Under the pieces are notes generated by a model, which was not told the DNA's origin, made no database searches, and saw only the letters and a program-made list of their open reading frames with translations. Below are positions 1 to 13,900 of a DNA stretch of 64,000 nt, in pieces; position 1 is the first letter of the stretch; every line of letters begins with the position of its first letter. Source of the DNA: Gracilinanus agilis (Eukaryota). The position numbers were made by a program, and so were the translations under genes. The stretch lies in contig NC_058130.1 in the NCBI RefSeq assembly GCF_016433145.1, positions 704,164,639 to 704,228,638 on the forward strand, given 5' to 3'.

Positions 1-1990
1 CCAGAGGCAAGGGTCTGGCACAAGGTCAGAGAAGATTAGAAACTCCTCATTGATCATTGTGGATAGTGACTGTTCACATGATCCAGGCAGTCTCCTGGCT
101 GGAGGCCTGTGACTCACAGAGAGGAAAATCAAAGACATGAGGGAGGTGTCCTGGGGGATTCAGAATCACTGCTTCCAACTCCTGAAAAGAACATACCTGG
201 ACATGAGGTGATGGTAGTTCTCAGGGTGGGGAAAGAGCATGTCCCTGGGATATACCAGGGCAGTGGCAATGCCTTCCCTAAAGTGGCCAAGGCTACAGGG
301 ATATCCATGGCCTGAGGCTGCCTCCAAGCTGGGTTCTCTAAGGAAGTCCCAAGGAAACCATGTCCAAAGGAGATGGAGGGCTGGGAAGCTGAGGGTCAGC
401 ACTTCAGTGTTTCTTGCCAAGTCCTTTCACCAGACTGGCCTCTCCCTGCCTCGTGCCCTTTGTGGCCTTTGCCCACCTGGTTTTATCAGGCACTATTTAG
501 CCAGCTCAGCAGGTCTGTGGGAGGAAGGGGCAAGTCAACAGGTGGGGTCAGTCTCAGCTCATGACTGTCTGGCTCCAAGAATTCAGATAGGCCAGCCAAG
601 GAAAGACCTCAAACTTCCAGGTGAAAGAGTATGTCCTGTTGCAACCATCAGCCACACTTTAGTCACTCCATTCTCTCTCCAAACACAGCCTGAGAGAAGG
701 TGCTGGGATGTGGTCTAAGTCAAGTGGAATAGCCTTCTTGCACTCCAATTTAGTCATTGTTATGGCACCATGGAGGAATCATGACACTGAGGAGTTACAG
801 CCAGATGATTTCTCTAGCAATGTATGTGACTGCAGAAACAAATCCAGGCCCAAGGCTAAGGTCAAGGCTCATTAGTTTCTACATTCATTACATCTGGGGC
901 CAGGATAGATGTAGGTAAACTTCCTGTGATTCTTTGGCATTCTGCCTCTATTCTTGAAGAGGATAAGGAGAGCGACACACCCAAAGACCTTCATAAAGAA
1001 GTCCTTTCTCTAATAATCAAAGTTGTTGGGGGAAGAGGAAACTTTCAGCATACACCAGCTTCTCCATCTCCTTGTTTGGCAGAGAAGCAGCACATCTTTC
1101 TACCTCCTAGCCAGAGGAATGGTAATTCTAGAGAGGGGGAATTCACGCCCTAGCTGTTCAGTACTTCAGCAACTCTGCTTCCCAGAATCCCACTCATTAA
1201 TAGTGAATACCCAAAGAAGCCTGAGAAAGACAGAAATGACCCATGCCAGCTGCCTTATATGGCTACTCTTTTGCTCTATATGGCAAGTCTTTTCCTTTTA
1301 CCAGCTTTCTTAGATGCCAGAGAAACTGCAAGTACACTTTCTTTTCAAAAGCCTAACCTCTAGTTGCAAATATATGGGAGAAATAAATAACCTGCTCAAA
1401 TTCCTTACCAACCCAAGAAATGCCAAGCAAGACAACCTTAACCCTACCTTTATTTGCACAAGAATGGTAACCAAAGCAAAGGACAAGATTCAACACTAGT
1501 GGGTGGGTGTGGAGGAAAAAACAGGAGTTCCATTAGGCTGTCAGCAGATCCTGCTCTTTAGAGGACAAACAAAGCAGCAATGTCACATGTAAGTTACAAA
1601 ACATTTGGTTCAATTATTCCACAGCTAAGACTTTGTAATATATAGCAAAAAGGTATTCACACAAAAATATTCATTGTTCTTTATTTGTAAAACAGGGAAA
1701 TAACTTCTGCATTCAATGGCTGATTTATGGTATGTATTCAATGGTATGATGTGGCACTATAAAAACATGGAAATAAATATGAAAGATAAAAGAAACATGG
1801 AAAGACCTGAATGAGAATTTTGCAAAGATGAATAAGAACAGAACAATACATACATAGTAACTACATAGCCAAGAATAAAGAAATATTTACTTTATTTTTA
1901 AAATATTCAATGTACCATGTTAAGGATTTTATGTAAAATTTCATTTCTTATTTTGCATGTTTTGTTAGCTCTACTGATGTTTATGACTTT

Positions 1991-2188
1991 TTTTTAAAAC
2001 CCTTCCCTGCTGCCTGAGAATCAATACTGTGTATTGGTTCCAAGACAGAAGAATGCCTAGGATTAGGCAATAGGGGTTAAGTGACTTGCCCAGGGCCACA
2101 CAACTAGGATGTGTCTGAGGCCAAATTTGAACCCAGAACCTCTGGTCTCTAGACCTGGCTCTCAATCCACTGAGCTGCCCAGCTGTCC
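1991..2188 (-). mobile_element. Opossum SINE with TSD
   Basis: TSD tgtttat(g/a)acttt at 1978-1990 / 2189-2201. Further copies of the same superfamily at about 8757-8880, 13745-13935, 18126-18330, 22090-22285, 22460-22660, 26010-26200, 38790-39000, 42450-42640, 45650-45820, 56420-56615, 57710-57910. Confidence 0.85.
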
Positions 2189-3599
2189 TGTTTATAACTT
2201 TGTAAAACATATCATTGAATATCAACTAAAGAAGAGAGAAAGAAGTAACTTATAAGCTATTAAAGATAACTTAGGCCTTTATAGGCCTGATTAAATAATT
2301 TTCTTGCTCAAAAAGAAAGCCTAAGAGATGGCTTCCTATTGCCCTTGGGATAAAATACAAATTCCTCCTGTTTGGCATTTGAAGCCTTTCACACACTGGC
2401 GCTAGCCTATTCAGAATGGGTCCATATAGGTTCTTCTCTTGCTCTCAGAAGTGGCTCTTAAATGACATTGCATCTCCTGCCTCCACAGCGCTATAAGGGC
2501 TATCCCCAAAGCTTGGAACCCTCTCCCTGACCCTGGCTCATGGAAATAGGTATCATCTCCTCTCCCAGAAAGGGGTGCTAGTTATGCACATGGGCAGGAG
2601 AGGACAGGCCACATGCTTGGGGATGGGGATAGGCAGGTGGTACTTCAGTGTGATGGAAGACAAACTGAAGGGGGCCAGGTGCTGGTGGACAGAGCTGCTT
2701 CAGGTGCCTTTTTTCTGCTTCTACTTGGAGGGTGTTATTTTAAGATTTTTGTTTTGGGTGTGAGGGTGGGGGAGGGCACAGTATTGTATAGTAAAATTAA
2801 AATAGGGATCTTTTGGAATGCAGATTCCTTTCAGATTTCCCTACCTAAAGCTGAACTTGTGTAATTTGAATTGACAAAGTGGTAACTATTATATTCACTT
2901 ATCTGTGTACTTTCTATTTTAATAGAATGCAAGCTTGAAAGTTGAAATCACTTTCTTAGTATTCCCTACACTTAGCTAAGTGTCTGGTACTTACTAGGAA
3001 CTTAAGTGCTTGGCAAACTAAATCAAAATTCACTTAAAAAAATCACACATCCACACCCACCTGTAAATCGGTTTGGGTAGCTTCCTTCTTGGTTCAAAGG
3101 GTAGAGAACTTCCACATGGCACACCCTGACTGAGCAAATCCAGAAAAAATGTCTTCCTTTCGTTGCACTCTTTTGGCATTAATGATCAACAGAAACTTTG
3201 GTTTTAGTCTGCCTCAGGTTGTTCTCCTTTTTTATCCTCTCCTTGCTCAGTCTATCTTTATATCAGAAATATCTTTATATCAGAAATAAGCCAAAACCAG
3301 TTCTATTTGTCAACATCTTCAATGTCCATTCCTGATGCCTCGCCACCTACCCCTAAATCTCTGTCCAATGAATTCTCAATGTACGATGAAAAGACACGGG
3401 AAGTACTTGAGTTCTGGAGTCACTTTGACCTAATTCTGAAACTCCTCCACCAGAATAACAATGCACCAGATGGAGCCTTGAGTGGGAAATCCAAGGGAAA
3501 AAAACAAAAACCCAATGAGTTATTTTCCAGTCCTGGTCAAAACAGGGAGACAGAGAGGTCTGTGGACAATGGTGATGAGGTCTGACCAGAAGCACATCA

Positions 3600-5900
3600 A
3601 GGGTCATTCCAGTCACATTCTGACCCCTCTGGTCTGACCACTCAGTAAACAATGAAACTTGCAAGTTCCCAGGCTGTTCTTGAGAACCTGCAAGGAACCA
3701 ACATTCCGAGAAAACAACAATAGGACCAGCCTTGACTCTCCCTCCAGAAGTGCTATAGACCTCAGGCCTAACTTCAAGTCCAAAGTCAGGAAGTAGGTGG
3801 CAGAAAGGGCACACACACACACAAAAGAATCCAACATAAAGGGCTATTACAGTGGCGAGGCAAATTTGTAACCCAAAAGCAGAAAATGACTCCAAAATGT
3901 TAACAAGAAAGACCTCAGAGGAAAACACAGATCAAGCAGAAACCCAATTAGAATTCCTGGAAGAGAATTTTAAAATGCTTTTATAAATGGAAGGAGAGAA
4001 TGAAAAATACTATCCAGTTTCCAGAGAGAAGAGAAAATATACAAGGATTACTTTATAGAGCTAGAAAACATAACAACAAAATCAAGAATGTCCTATACTA
4101 CAAAGCAGTAATGACTCAAACAATTTGGTGTGCTGGGCAAGAAACAGAGGCTGAATGGTGGAAAGGACGAGGCATACAACATATGAAGCAAATGAGCACA
4201 GTAGCCTAGTGTGTGATAAACCCCCAAATCCCAACTACTAGGGCAGGAACTCACTTCATCAAAAACTGTTGGGAAAACCAGAAAGCAGTCCAGCAGAAAC
4301 AACATCTAAACCAAGAGCTCACACTTAAAACAGAAACCATCTAAATAGGAACATGACTTAGACACGAAGGATGGCACCTTAAGTAAATTGGAGAAGCAAG
4401 GAAGAAATGACTTTTTGGATGTATGAATGACAGAAGAATTCATGAGCAAACAAAAGAAACAAAGGGTCAAGTAAGGCAAAATGAACAATTATGATGGCAT
4501 AAAATTATAGTTTTTGTAACCAACAAAACCAGTGTGCTGAAATCAGAAAAACGGGTAAATAGTGGGAGAAAATCCTTCTAACAAGTCCCTTTGATCTTAT
4601 TTAATAGTAGCTAGCTTTTATATAATCCTAGGAGGGAGATGCTATTATCCTCATTTTACAGATGAGGGAATAGAGGCTCACAGAAATAGAATGACTTGCC
4701 CAGGATCACATAATTACTGCTTGAGACTGGATTTGAACTCAATCCAAACTGAGTTCTTGTCTCCAATGCTAGTACTCTGTCCACTAGAGCACCCAACTGA
4801 GATAACATAGGGCAGAGATATCAAACTCAAGTTGTCCCAAAACTCCCCAGTGTGACCTGAACCAAATTCAAATAATTGGGAAGCGTTGAACAAAATAAAT
4901 AAAAATATAATACAACATGGATGATAGATACTGTTAACCTGTAGTTTTCTAAATCAGTATGTGACTGCTGGTAAGGACCCATTTCTACTTGAATTTAATA
5001 CCACTGGAAAAAAAAAAAAGAACTGATTCAAATTTTTAAGAAGAGGTACTCCTGAACTGGTAAGTAGTCAAATATGACTATGCCATCTGTCTTCAGGGGA
5101 AGATATTCAAACTATCATAATCATGTGAAAACATGCTTTAATTAGAGGAAGACAAATTTAAACAACTGAATTTCTAAAGATGACACAAATGGAAATTGAC
5201 AAATGCTGGAGGGGCTTTGAGAAAACAAGTCTATTAATGTCCTGTTGGTAGTCTGGCCATTCTTAAAATTTGCAATTATGCCCCAAAATTATTCAATCAT
5301 GTACATTCTTTGAGCCAGATAAATCACTACCATGTCTACCTCTTCAGAAAGATCAAAGAAAGATGGAAAAGATCCATAGGCACAAAAATAACTGTAGCCA
5401 ATTTTCTAGTATTAAAGAATTGGAAACTGGGAAGTTAACCATCATCAACAGGGGAATGATTGATCAAGTTACGGTATAGGAAATGTGATGCCATACTATT
5501 GTGGTGAAAGAACTGTTGCAGGGGATGGTTTCAGAGCAACTTCAGAAAACTTGTAAGACCTGATGCAGAGGCAAGTGGGAAGAACAAAGAGGATAGTTTA
5601 TACAGCAACAATATTGTAAAGACAAACAATTTTGAAATACTGGGGAAATCTGCTCAGCACAATGACCAACCACAATTCTACAGTATAGAAGAAGAGACAT
5701 ATTATCAGCATCCTTATAGAGAGGTGATAGACTCAGAGAGGAGGAAAATGAGGCTTTAAATAAGACCATAGCCAATGCAGGAATTTGTTTTGCTTGACTA
5801 TGTTTTTATCAGAGATTTGGTTTTGATTGCTATTTCAATCGGGAAGTGAGGAAGAGGGAATGTTCATCAGAAAAGAATGAATTAAAATAATGAATGCAAC
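3600..5900 (+). mobile_element. Fragmented L1 (5'UTR/ORF1 start, ORF2 pieces, 3' end) with nested MIR and MITE
   Basis: ORF1-like start near 3830-3930; ORF2 motif LYYKAV..QTIW near 4095-4130; DKCWRG motif near 5195-5215; L1 3' end at 5480-5850. Confidence 0.65.
4813..5006. mobile_element. Short hAT-like MITE
   Basis: TIRs cagagatatcaaactcaagt / acttgaatttaataccactg. Related pieces at ~29354-29492; another hAT-like MITE at ~47939-48133. Confidence 0.6.
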
Positions 5901-7841
5901 TATAAACTCCTTGAGATTTGGACCCATGGAGTCATTTTTCTACTCTGTATTTCCCATAGCACAAAGACTGGAGTAAATGAATGCTTGTTGATCCCTGAGA
6001 AAGGTCTGAGAGAAGAGGAAAAATATAAGAAGAAAAAGAGGGATCAAGACAGTTAGAAAGGTTTTCTGAATTACATCTATTGGTGTAGTGTGGTGGAGAC
6101 AAGGAAGGTGACATGGCGGTCAGAGAAAATTCAACCCACTTTTGCGGACATACAGTCAGTCCCCCATATGCCCACGAGGAGAATTTGTCCCATAGTAAGA
6201 CTGGGACCGACCACTCTAAAAATGTTTAACATTCAAAGATTAGTCCCATCTAGCTCTGGGCAGTTTTTCAGCCCTTAGTACTAGAAGGAAAAAATTTAGG
6301 AATATCTCAAAAGACCAAGCTGCATTGATTGACATTGTTTTGTTTTAGTCCATAAATAAGGCCAAAAAAATCAGAATAAAATTTTAATTTCAAAATAAAT
6401 TTATAATAAAGAGTTTTACATCAACTAACATTCCTGGTCTTTCTAGTGTTAATAACTTGGTGACCTCTGCTCTATCCAACTGTTCATCCATCTAATGGAG
6501 TCAGGGTTTCTTGTGTCAAAGGCTCACGTTCATTTCAAATTCAAGAATACAAGGAAGGAAGGCCAAAGCCTAACACTCATGAATCAGAGCTGGAAAAAGA
6601 CCATAGTGTCTCGTCTGGCCTGATCATTCATCTTCTACAGAACTTCTTACTAAAGTGGTTCTTGCACTGAGAATAATGCATAATAATCTGGGAGTTGGGG
6701 TACATAGTAGGTTTGGATTAAGGACAATTACCTGTGGAGAATAAGTCTCAGAGAGCCTCACCACTGCTCCCAGAGTTGTTTCTTCTTACACAGGGAGGAC
6801 TATAGCCTTATATACTGACAGAAGTGAGCAACAGAGACAGACAATGGAAATTTAGGTTGAATGGGGATTATAGACTGGAGATGGGTTTCCCCGGATATGG
6901 AAGATCTCTGGGATTATCGCACTGGATAAAGTGATTTTAGACTCTAATTCACATCATATTATGCCCCCAGACCACTCTTGCAGAGACTAGAAGGTGGGCA
7001 GGCTTGGGGTATCAAGTGACCTACCCTGTAGGCCCAGACAGTACTGGGTCCTTTGTACGTCTCTGACCTGTTCAAAGAAAGATACCTGACTTTGTAAACT
7101 GCTTTAGGGAAGTGGGGTTGACTTGATTCAGTAGAACCTTCCCTGGAAAAAGGTCTAAAATCAAAAAATCTCAAGGAGTCAGAGGAATATAAATCAAGTT
7201 CCAATAATTAATTCCACTGCAAGGATTTAAGAGAAATAAAGGAGGGGAATAAGCATTCATATAGTGCTTACCCTGCGTCAGACAAGTGCCAAGCATTTTA
7301 CAAATATCTATCATCTCAGTTGATCTTAACACAACCCTTGGAGGTGAGCACTGATATTAATGCCATTTTACAGTTGAGGAAACTGAGACTGAAAGAGTGA
7401 CTTGTCCAGGATCACATACTATTACTAGGTATCTGAGGCCACCTTTGAACTCCGGTCATCTAGAATACTTCCTCTTTAAGCCCACACCCATTCTCCCTTC
7501 TTCCAACTTACAGAGATTTAAGTGGCTAGTGGTAGATGTGGGTTATATGGAGTTGAAAAGAAGGAAAGAAGAGGAAAAAGCACTCTCCAAGGAACCCAAG
7601 AGTTCTTGATGCCTTGGCTCAGACACCATCTGTGAGCAGGAGTGACTAGTGTTAATGCACCCTGGGTTATAAGGGCTGAGGCAGCCCAAGCAGAATGCTC
7701 TGGTAGGAATGAATCCCAGCCCACCACTTCCCATCATCTCTTGGAGAAGTGGTGAAGGAAAAACATTCTCATGCAACCCTGAGACAGGTCTCCTCCCAAT
7801 TCCTACCACACTAAGCTGAAAGAAAGGGGAGAAGTAAGCAG

Positions 7842-7847
7842 TTTATT
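7842..7847 (-). terminator. Polyadenylation signal AATAAA of VPS28
   Basis: tttatt on the plus strand, about 100 nt past the VPS28 stop codon. Confidence 0.75.
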
Positions 7848-7944
7848 CTAGGCTCCTACCCACAAGTCAGGGATCCTAGCCCTATAATTCATGGTCCTGG
7901 CTCTCAAACTGCAGCCGAGTAGGATGGACCAAGAGCCTTGAGGC

Positions 7945-10900
7945 TTAGGCATGCAGAAAGCGGTTGAAGGCATTGTAGGCAGACTCCAAATCAAACAGCA
8001 TCTGTCGGACCTGAGAATCATCCAGCTCATCTGCAGCAGACATGCCACTCAGGGTCTGGAGCCTGTGGGAAAAGGAGAGGAGTCACTGGGAGGGGCAAAT
8101 CCCACACAGGCCTCAGAAACTGGACTTTCCCCCAGGATTCCTAACACTCTAGAGCTGTTAAAAATGGCCACATTTTTCTGGCTCTTCAGGATGCTGTTAA
8201 TAACTTGGAGATTCTCTGATGGCTTTCCCACAGACGGTCTTGTTTAGTCTCTCTTGCCAGTGACCAACCACTTCCAAGCCATCTCCCAGGGGGCACTCAC
8301 CACTGGCTGACTTTCTGTCGACCCTCAAAGTCAGGAGGCAAGTGGCTCATGCGGTTCATGGTCTCCATTAATTCTCGAAGATCAGGCTGGATCTGAAGGT
8401 ATTGTTCTCTTAGATTCCAGGAAGATTACTCTCCCTTACTTCCCTGCTCCCACCCAAACAGCCAAGCTTTATGAACATGTACAACACTCTGCTCAAAGTC
8501 TGTCTTGTAGAAGTGCCCTCCAGAGCCAAGCCCTCCCTCAATAAGAGCATTTCCTTCCATCACTTTCCCTCAGCCAGGAGGATAGACACCTCACCTCATC
8601 CATGGCACGGATTTCCAGACGGAGTTTATCCATCACAGTGATAAAGAGCTGAGGAGAGAATACAGACTTTAGGTATAGCTTTTCCAACCCTAACTGTCAG
8701 AGACTTGAAGGTACTCGAGGCAGAGCAGTTGTCTTCCCTCATATTAAAAACAAAGGTTCTAGCTATGTGACTCTGGGCAAGTCACTTAACCCCAATGGCC
8801 TAGCCCTCATTGCTCTTCTGCCTTAGAAGCAGTATCAATTCTAAGACAGAAGAGTTAAAATACAAAACAAAAACAAAAAGGTTAGGGATGTTCCAAATAT
8901 TTATTTCCTTTGAAAGTGCATTTGATTTTGCCATCTATTAACATATGCTTTTCCTCCCAACCTATTTGCATGTGCAGTCAATGTTTCCTTCTGGGTCTCA
9001 TCTAAACTTGTTTGTTCAAGCTCCAAGGTTTCCCCTTTGTTAAGGTTTTAATATGGTTCCTCTCCACACTTTTCATAAGCAGAGGCCTGGCTTGATCATC
9101 GTAGCCACAATCAGTATTTTTCAGGGCAGTTTTGCCAGAAGAGACAGCCTAGCTGTATCCACCCATTAAAGATTTGGAAGTGAAGAGAATCTAATGGAAA
9201 GCCAATATTTAGAAGGTGATGGAGAATCCTCTTTGTAGATGGACTGACTCATCAGTTATCTCAGCCTGAGATCAAGGATACCCCATTGTAATGCATTTTC
9301 ATATGGTTCCTGCACACTTTTCATAAGCAGAGGCCTGGCTTGATTGTCTCTGTCTTTCCAGAGCACTGCTTTGTCTTTTTGGTCTGTCCTTCTGGGTCAT
9401 CCTTCTCATGCCAGGCCCCACTTCTGATACTAGGTCCCTTGATGTACAAGGATCATAAGCCTTTTAGACTTGGAAGAAACCTGAGAGATGCTCTACTTCT
9501 ACCTCATTTATTTTAAAAGTCAGGGAACTACCAAAGTCTTTTCTCATCATTAAAATGTATGCAGGAATAAATTTTGTTTTGCCATAGGTTTACCATAACA
9601 TCATTCCAGACCAAATAATTAACATTTTAATTTTAGTAAGCATTTTCATGTTTTTTAAACAGTAACAGAATATGAAGGACATACCCTATCACTGCTAAAA
9701 GAATGTGAACTTCGAGAATTTGATGGGTAGGTCATTTTACATATGATAAATTATTATTTTAATTATGGATTATTTTGGAACTTGGACTTTTGAATACTTC
9801 CTTTAATTATTTTATCTTTACATTTATCTAGCTCTGTGAGGAGGAAGTTTGGGTTCTAAACTATTATGGTTTCACTATCTATTTCCTCCTTTCGACTCAT
9901 TTAACTTCCCAGGGAATACTACATCCACTTTTTGAGGTGAAATAACCATAAAGGAAGATTGAGCAACCAGCTGCTTAGCTATGGGAAGAAAGGGAATTCC
10001 AAAAGACATGTAGATGACTAAAGAACCTCAACATGACTATTCATCAGGTCAATGTTTCCTGAACTCATCTATTTCCTCTTCTTGGTATATATTACCTTCT
10101 ACTGACAATACTGCTTCCTCCACTAAATATCACCACATGCTCTACATGCTTCCTCCTCTGAATTCTAGACTTCTTCAGGAGAACTTTTCCTCATTTACAA
10201 CACTGTTTGGTTATTTAGTCCCATCTCCTTTTTACTTATACCTCAGTTCCTTCTGAATAAAGATTCCTCTTCCAGAATACTAGGATCTATACATAGTCAC
10301 ATTTATTTTACTCCATCACTATCTCTATGACTCCCTCCTTGTGATGCCATGCTTTGTGCTTTGTGCTTTGTAAACAGATATGAGGCCATGGGTTTTATTA
10401 CTGGTTCCTTTCCTGGAATCTCCTTTGAATTTGAAGGGATACTTCTTGTGGTCACTCTCTCTGGTCTCTAGTTGGTGGATTCATGCAAAAAGTTTTCTAC
10501 CAACCTACATGAACTGATGCAGAGTGAAATCAGAAGATCCAGGAGAACATTATACACAATAACTGAAACACTGTGGGACAATCAAATATAATTTACTTTA
10601 CTACTAAAAGCAATGCAATGATCCAGGATAATTCAGGGACTTATGAGAAAGAATGCTATCAACACCTAGAAAAAGAAATGTGGGAATAGAAATCCAGAAG
10701 AAAACATATGATTTATCACTTGACTATGTGGGTATATGATTTTGCATTTTGGTCTTAAATGATTATTACAAAAGTGAATAATATGGAAATAGATTTTGAG
10801 TGATAATATATGTATAACAAATGGAATTGCTTGTCAGCTCCCCGAGAGGGGAAGGAAAAGGGGAGAAAGACAACAAGAATCATGTAAACACAGAAAATAA

Positions 10901-10945
10901 AAAGTTTTCTACCTATCCTTTTCCTCTACAAGATGCCACATAAGG

Positions 10946-10982
<37 letters not shown>

Positions 10983-13900
10983 CGCGCGCACGTGTGTGTG
11001 TACATATATCAGCCCTAGTTAGATCTACTATTATCCCTGCAGGAAGTCTGTTAGTCCTGTATTTGTCCAGAAATCCAATCCCACTCTCAGACACTATCAT
11101 CTTAAACAGGTGATTAATTCCTAAGTCTGACGTTTTTCCTTTCCATTTATCCACAATTGGGATATAAAACTTCTTCAGTTTCTCGCATATGGCTAAAATC
11201 TTTAAAAATATTTTCTAGATCCTTTATGGTAGTATCACTTGTACTCTGAGACTTACCAGAAGTGGATAGTAGTTATCCATTTTGATAAGTCTTCAAAGGT
11301 TCTCTGGCTATGTTTGGAAGTAGCAGATATCTGTGTTTTATTATCAAGTCAAAGATAGCCACTTTAAAACCTCTCAGTAGGAAATCAGCAACTGCCACTA
11401 TTTATCTTTTCTTTCTTGGTTCTTTTCTAGAATATCCCTTATCTGGCAGCAAGCTTGGATCCAATTATCATTTCTTAAAGGGCAAATAGCTGCTTCCTCC
11501 TTGGAGAATCCAGTTTTTTCTTCTTCCAGAAAAGCTTTCCATCTGTTACTTAGATGTAAATGATCACTACTTCTCCTTCCTTTTTCCTTCTGTAGCCTGT
11601 TCTTCCTTTTAACCTCCCTCTTCAGATTCCTTTTAGTTTTCCTATTGAAATCCTTCCACTTTTAGAGAATAGTTTCTTCTCCAGAATAGCCTGGAGAATG
11701 GAGAAGAGGTCTTCCAGTTCCTTCATTTTCTCTTTTAGAAGAAAGACCAACCTGTACTTTGAACACAGGTCACTTGGCCAAGGCAGAAATATAGGTATTG
11801 CATACTTAATGCAGGGCACTAAAAAATTCTTCATGGTCTCTCAAATAACTGAAAGTTAGTACTCTTTTTTGTTCTTGCTAGAGGATTCCCCATCAGTCCT
11901 CCAGTCGAGTTCCTCTTGCCCCACTCTAATGGTGGCATATCCATGAGGCTGAGGAGATATGAGGTTCCTGTCTCTTAAGAGACCTGAGCCCATAGTGACT
12001 TGTCTTAAGGGGTAGGACTTACCGAGACAATGTCAGCAATACATCGGTTGAGGTTGCCCTTGTCATCCTTGATGGTGATTGGTCGGTCCTCCTTGATCCT
12101 CTCCATTGCTAGTGGGCAATCAAGCTGCCAGGGGAATGAGGAGATGTGAAGTTATGTCATATACCTGAAAAGAGCTCCAGCACCCAGGGGATAAAGTCCA
12201 TCCACTTGTAAAGAAAGCTCAAGAGCAGGGGCAAGGGCCAAAGTACCCTGGGGCACCCTCATCAGTGGGTGACTCACACGGAATTTTCGGCAGAACTCAT
12301 CAATGGAACTGATTTCTGAGCCTTGCACCTGCTTGAAGGCGGCTTTGTACTGGACCAAGAGTCGGGAACAGGCTGCAGTGTACCTGTGGAGAAGAAAGCC
12401 TCAGCATGAGCCATGACCTACACCTTTACCTAAGACAGAGTTACAAGAATTTCTGGCTCTCTAAGATCAGAGTCCAGTCCAGAATAGAGATGGACTTAGG
12501 TCTTAAAAGATCAAGGTACAACCAAGAGATTAATTTAAGGAAAAAGAACTTATGCCAAGGTAAGAGAAATGCATGGTTCATAGCTGGAATAACCCTTAGC
12601 AATCAGCTAGTCTCATTCCTTTATATCACAAAGGAAAAAGCAAAGTCTCAGATAAAAGATTTCCTCAAGGGTACATAGCCAGTACCATTTAGTAGGTAGC
12701 AGAGATAGGATTCAAACCCAGATTTCAAACCTTTAAGTCTCCAATGCCTATACTCCCCTACTAGCACTTTCATATTTTGTAAATCTTTTATCACATAGTG
12801 CTTTGTAATGTTATTATTTATATGGTAGGAAGAACACCAGATTTGAAGTCATAATATATGGGTTCCACTTCTGACTTTGCTACTTGACTTCGTGATCTGA
12901 ACAAGTTTAACTCTGGGCCTCAGTTTCCTCATTTGTAAAATGGGGATAAAAAGAACTATCCTACGTATTTCATTCTATTGTTTTGAAGATCAAATGAAAT
13001 AAAGGATGTAAAGACACACACACCATTAAACACTATATAAATGCCAGCCATCATCATTTTTACCCCTTTCTAGACTGTAAACCCCACTGATGATAGGGGT
13101 CATGTCATTCACCCATTCAGTAGACATAAGTGAAGACAATATGCAAAGCAGTAAAACATGATCCCTGCCCTTAAGAAGCTTTCAAAATAGTTATGTTAAA
13201 TGTAACAGAAAATAGTATAGGACAAGTACATTAGGGTGCTACAAAACCCAGTGTGAATGAAACCTGAGGGAAAAGTTCATTATTGGCCAGGAGAATCAAG
13301 GATGATTTCAAAAAAGAGGTAATGTTTAAATGGAGCTTTTTAGAGGATCAGAGTTCTCATCAGTTCACTGGTTTAGAAGTGAAAAGCATCTTATAAGCCT
13401 TCTAGTTTAACATATTCCCACTCCCAATTTTATAGAGGAAATTGAGGCTTAGAAGAATGATCTCTTAATGAAGGTCATAAGCATTGTGAGGGACAACAGC
13501 TGAAATCTAAACTGAGAACCTCCAAATGCAATAATGTCTCCACTATATCACACAGCCCAAAATAATTTTCTTCTTTCTATACTCTTCAACACAGCCTGGC
13601 AATATGGCCTTCCTTATAACAGAGACTCAAAACAGAACTGTAGAGCTGGAAGGAAACTTAAAGGGGGACATTTCAACACATGTAGCAAATTTGATCCTGC
13701 ATATAACAGCATCTTAATGGTTTTAAAAATTAGAATGTTATGGAAAGAGGGACAGCTAGGTGGCACAGGAGTTGGAGAGCCAGGCCTGGAATTAGGAGAC
13801 CTGGGTCTAAATATGGACCAAGACACTTCCTGCCTGTATGGTCCTGGGCAAATCACCTAAATCCATTTGCCTAGTCTTTGCCCTTCAGTCTTAGAGTTGT

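Noticed and set aside
15-520. Apparent chain of minus-strand splice sites with a Kozak ATG (MDIPVALATLGK...) where SLC39A4 might be expected
   Set aside because: One implied intron is only 46 nt, one exon has stops in all frames, and no frame resembles SLC39A4 or any protein I recognise.
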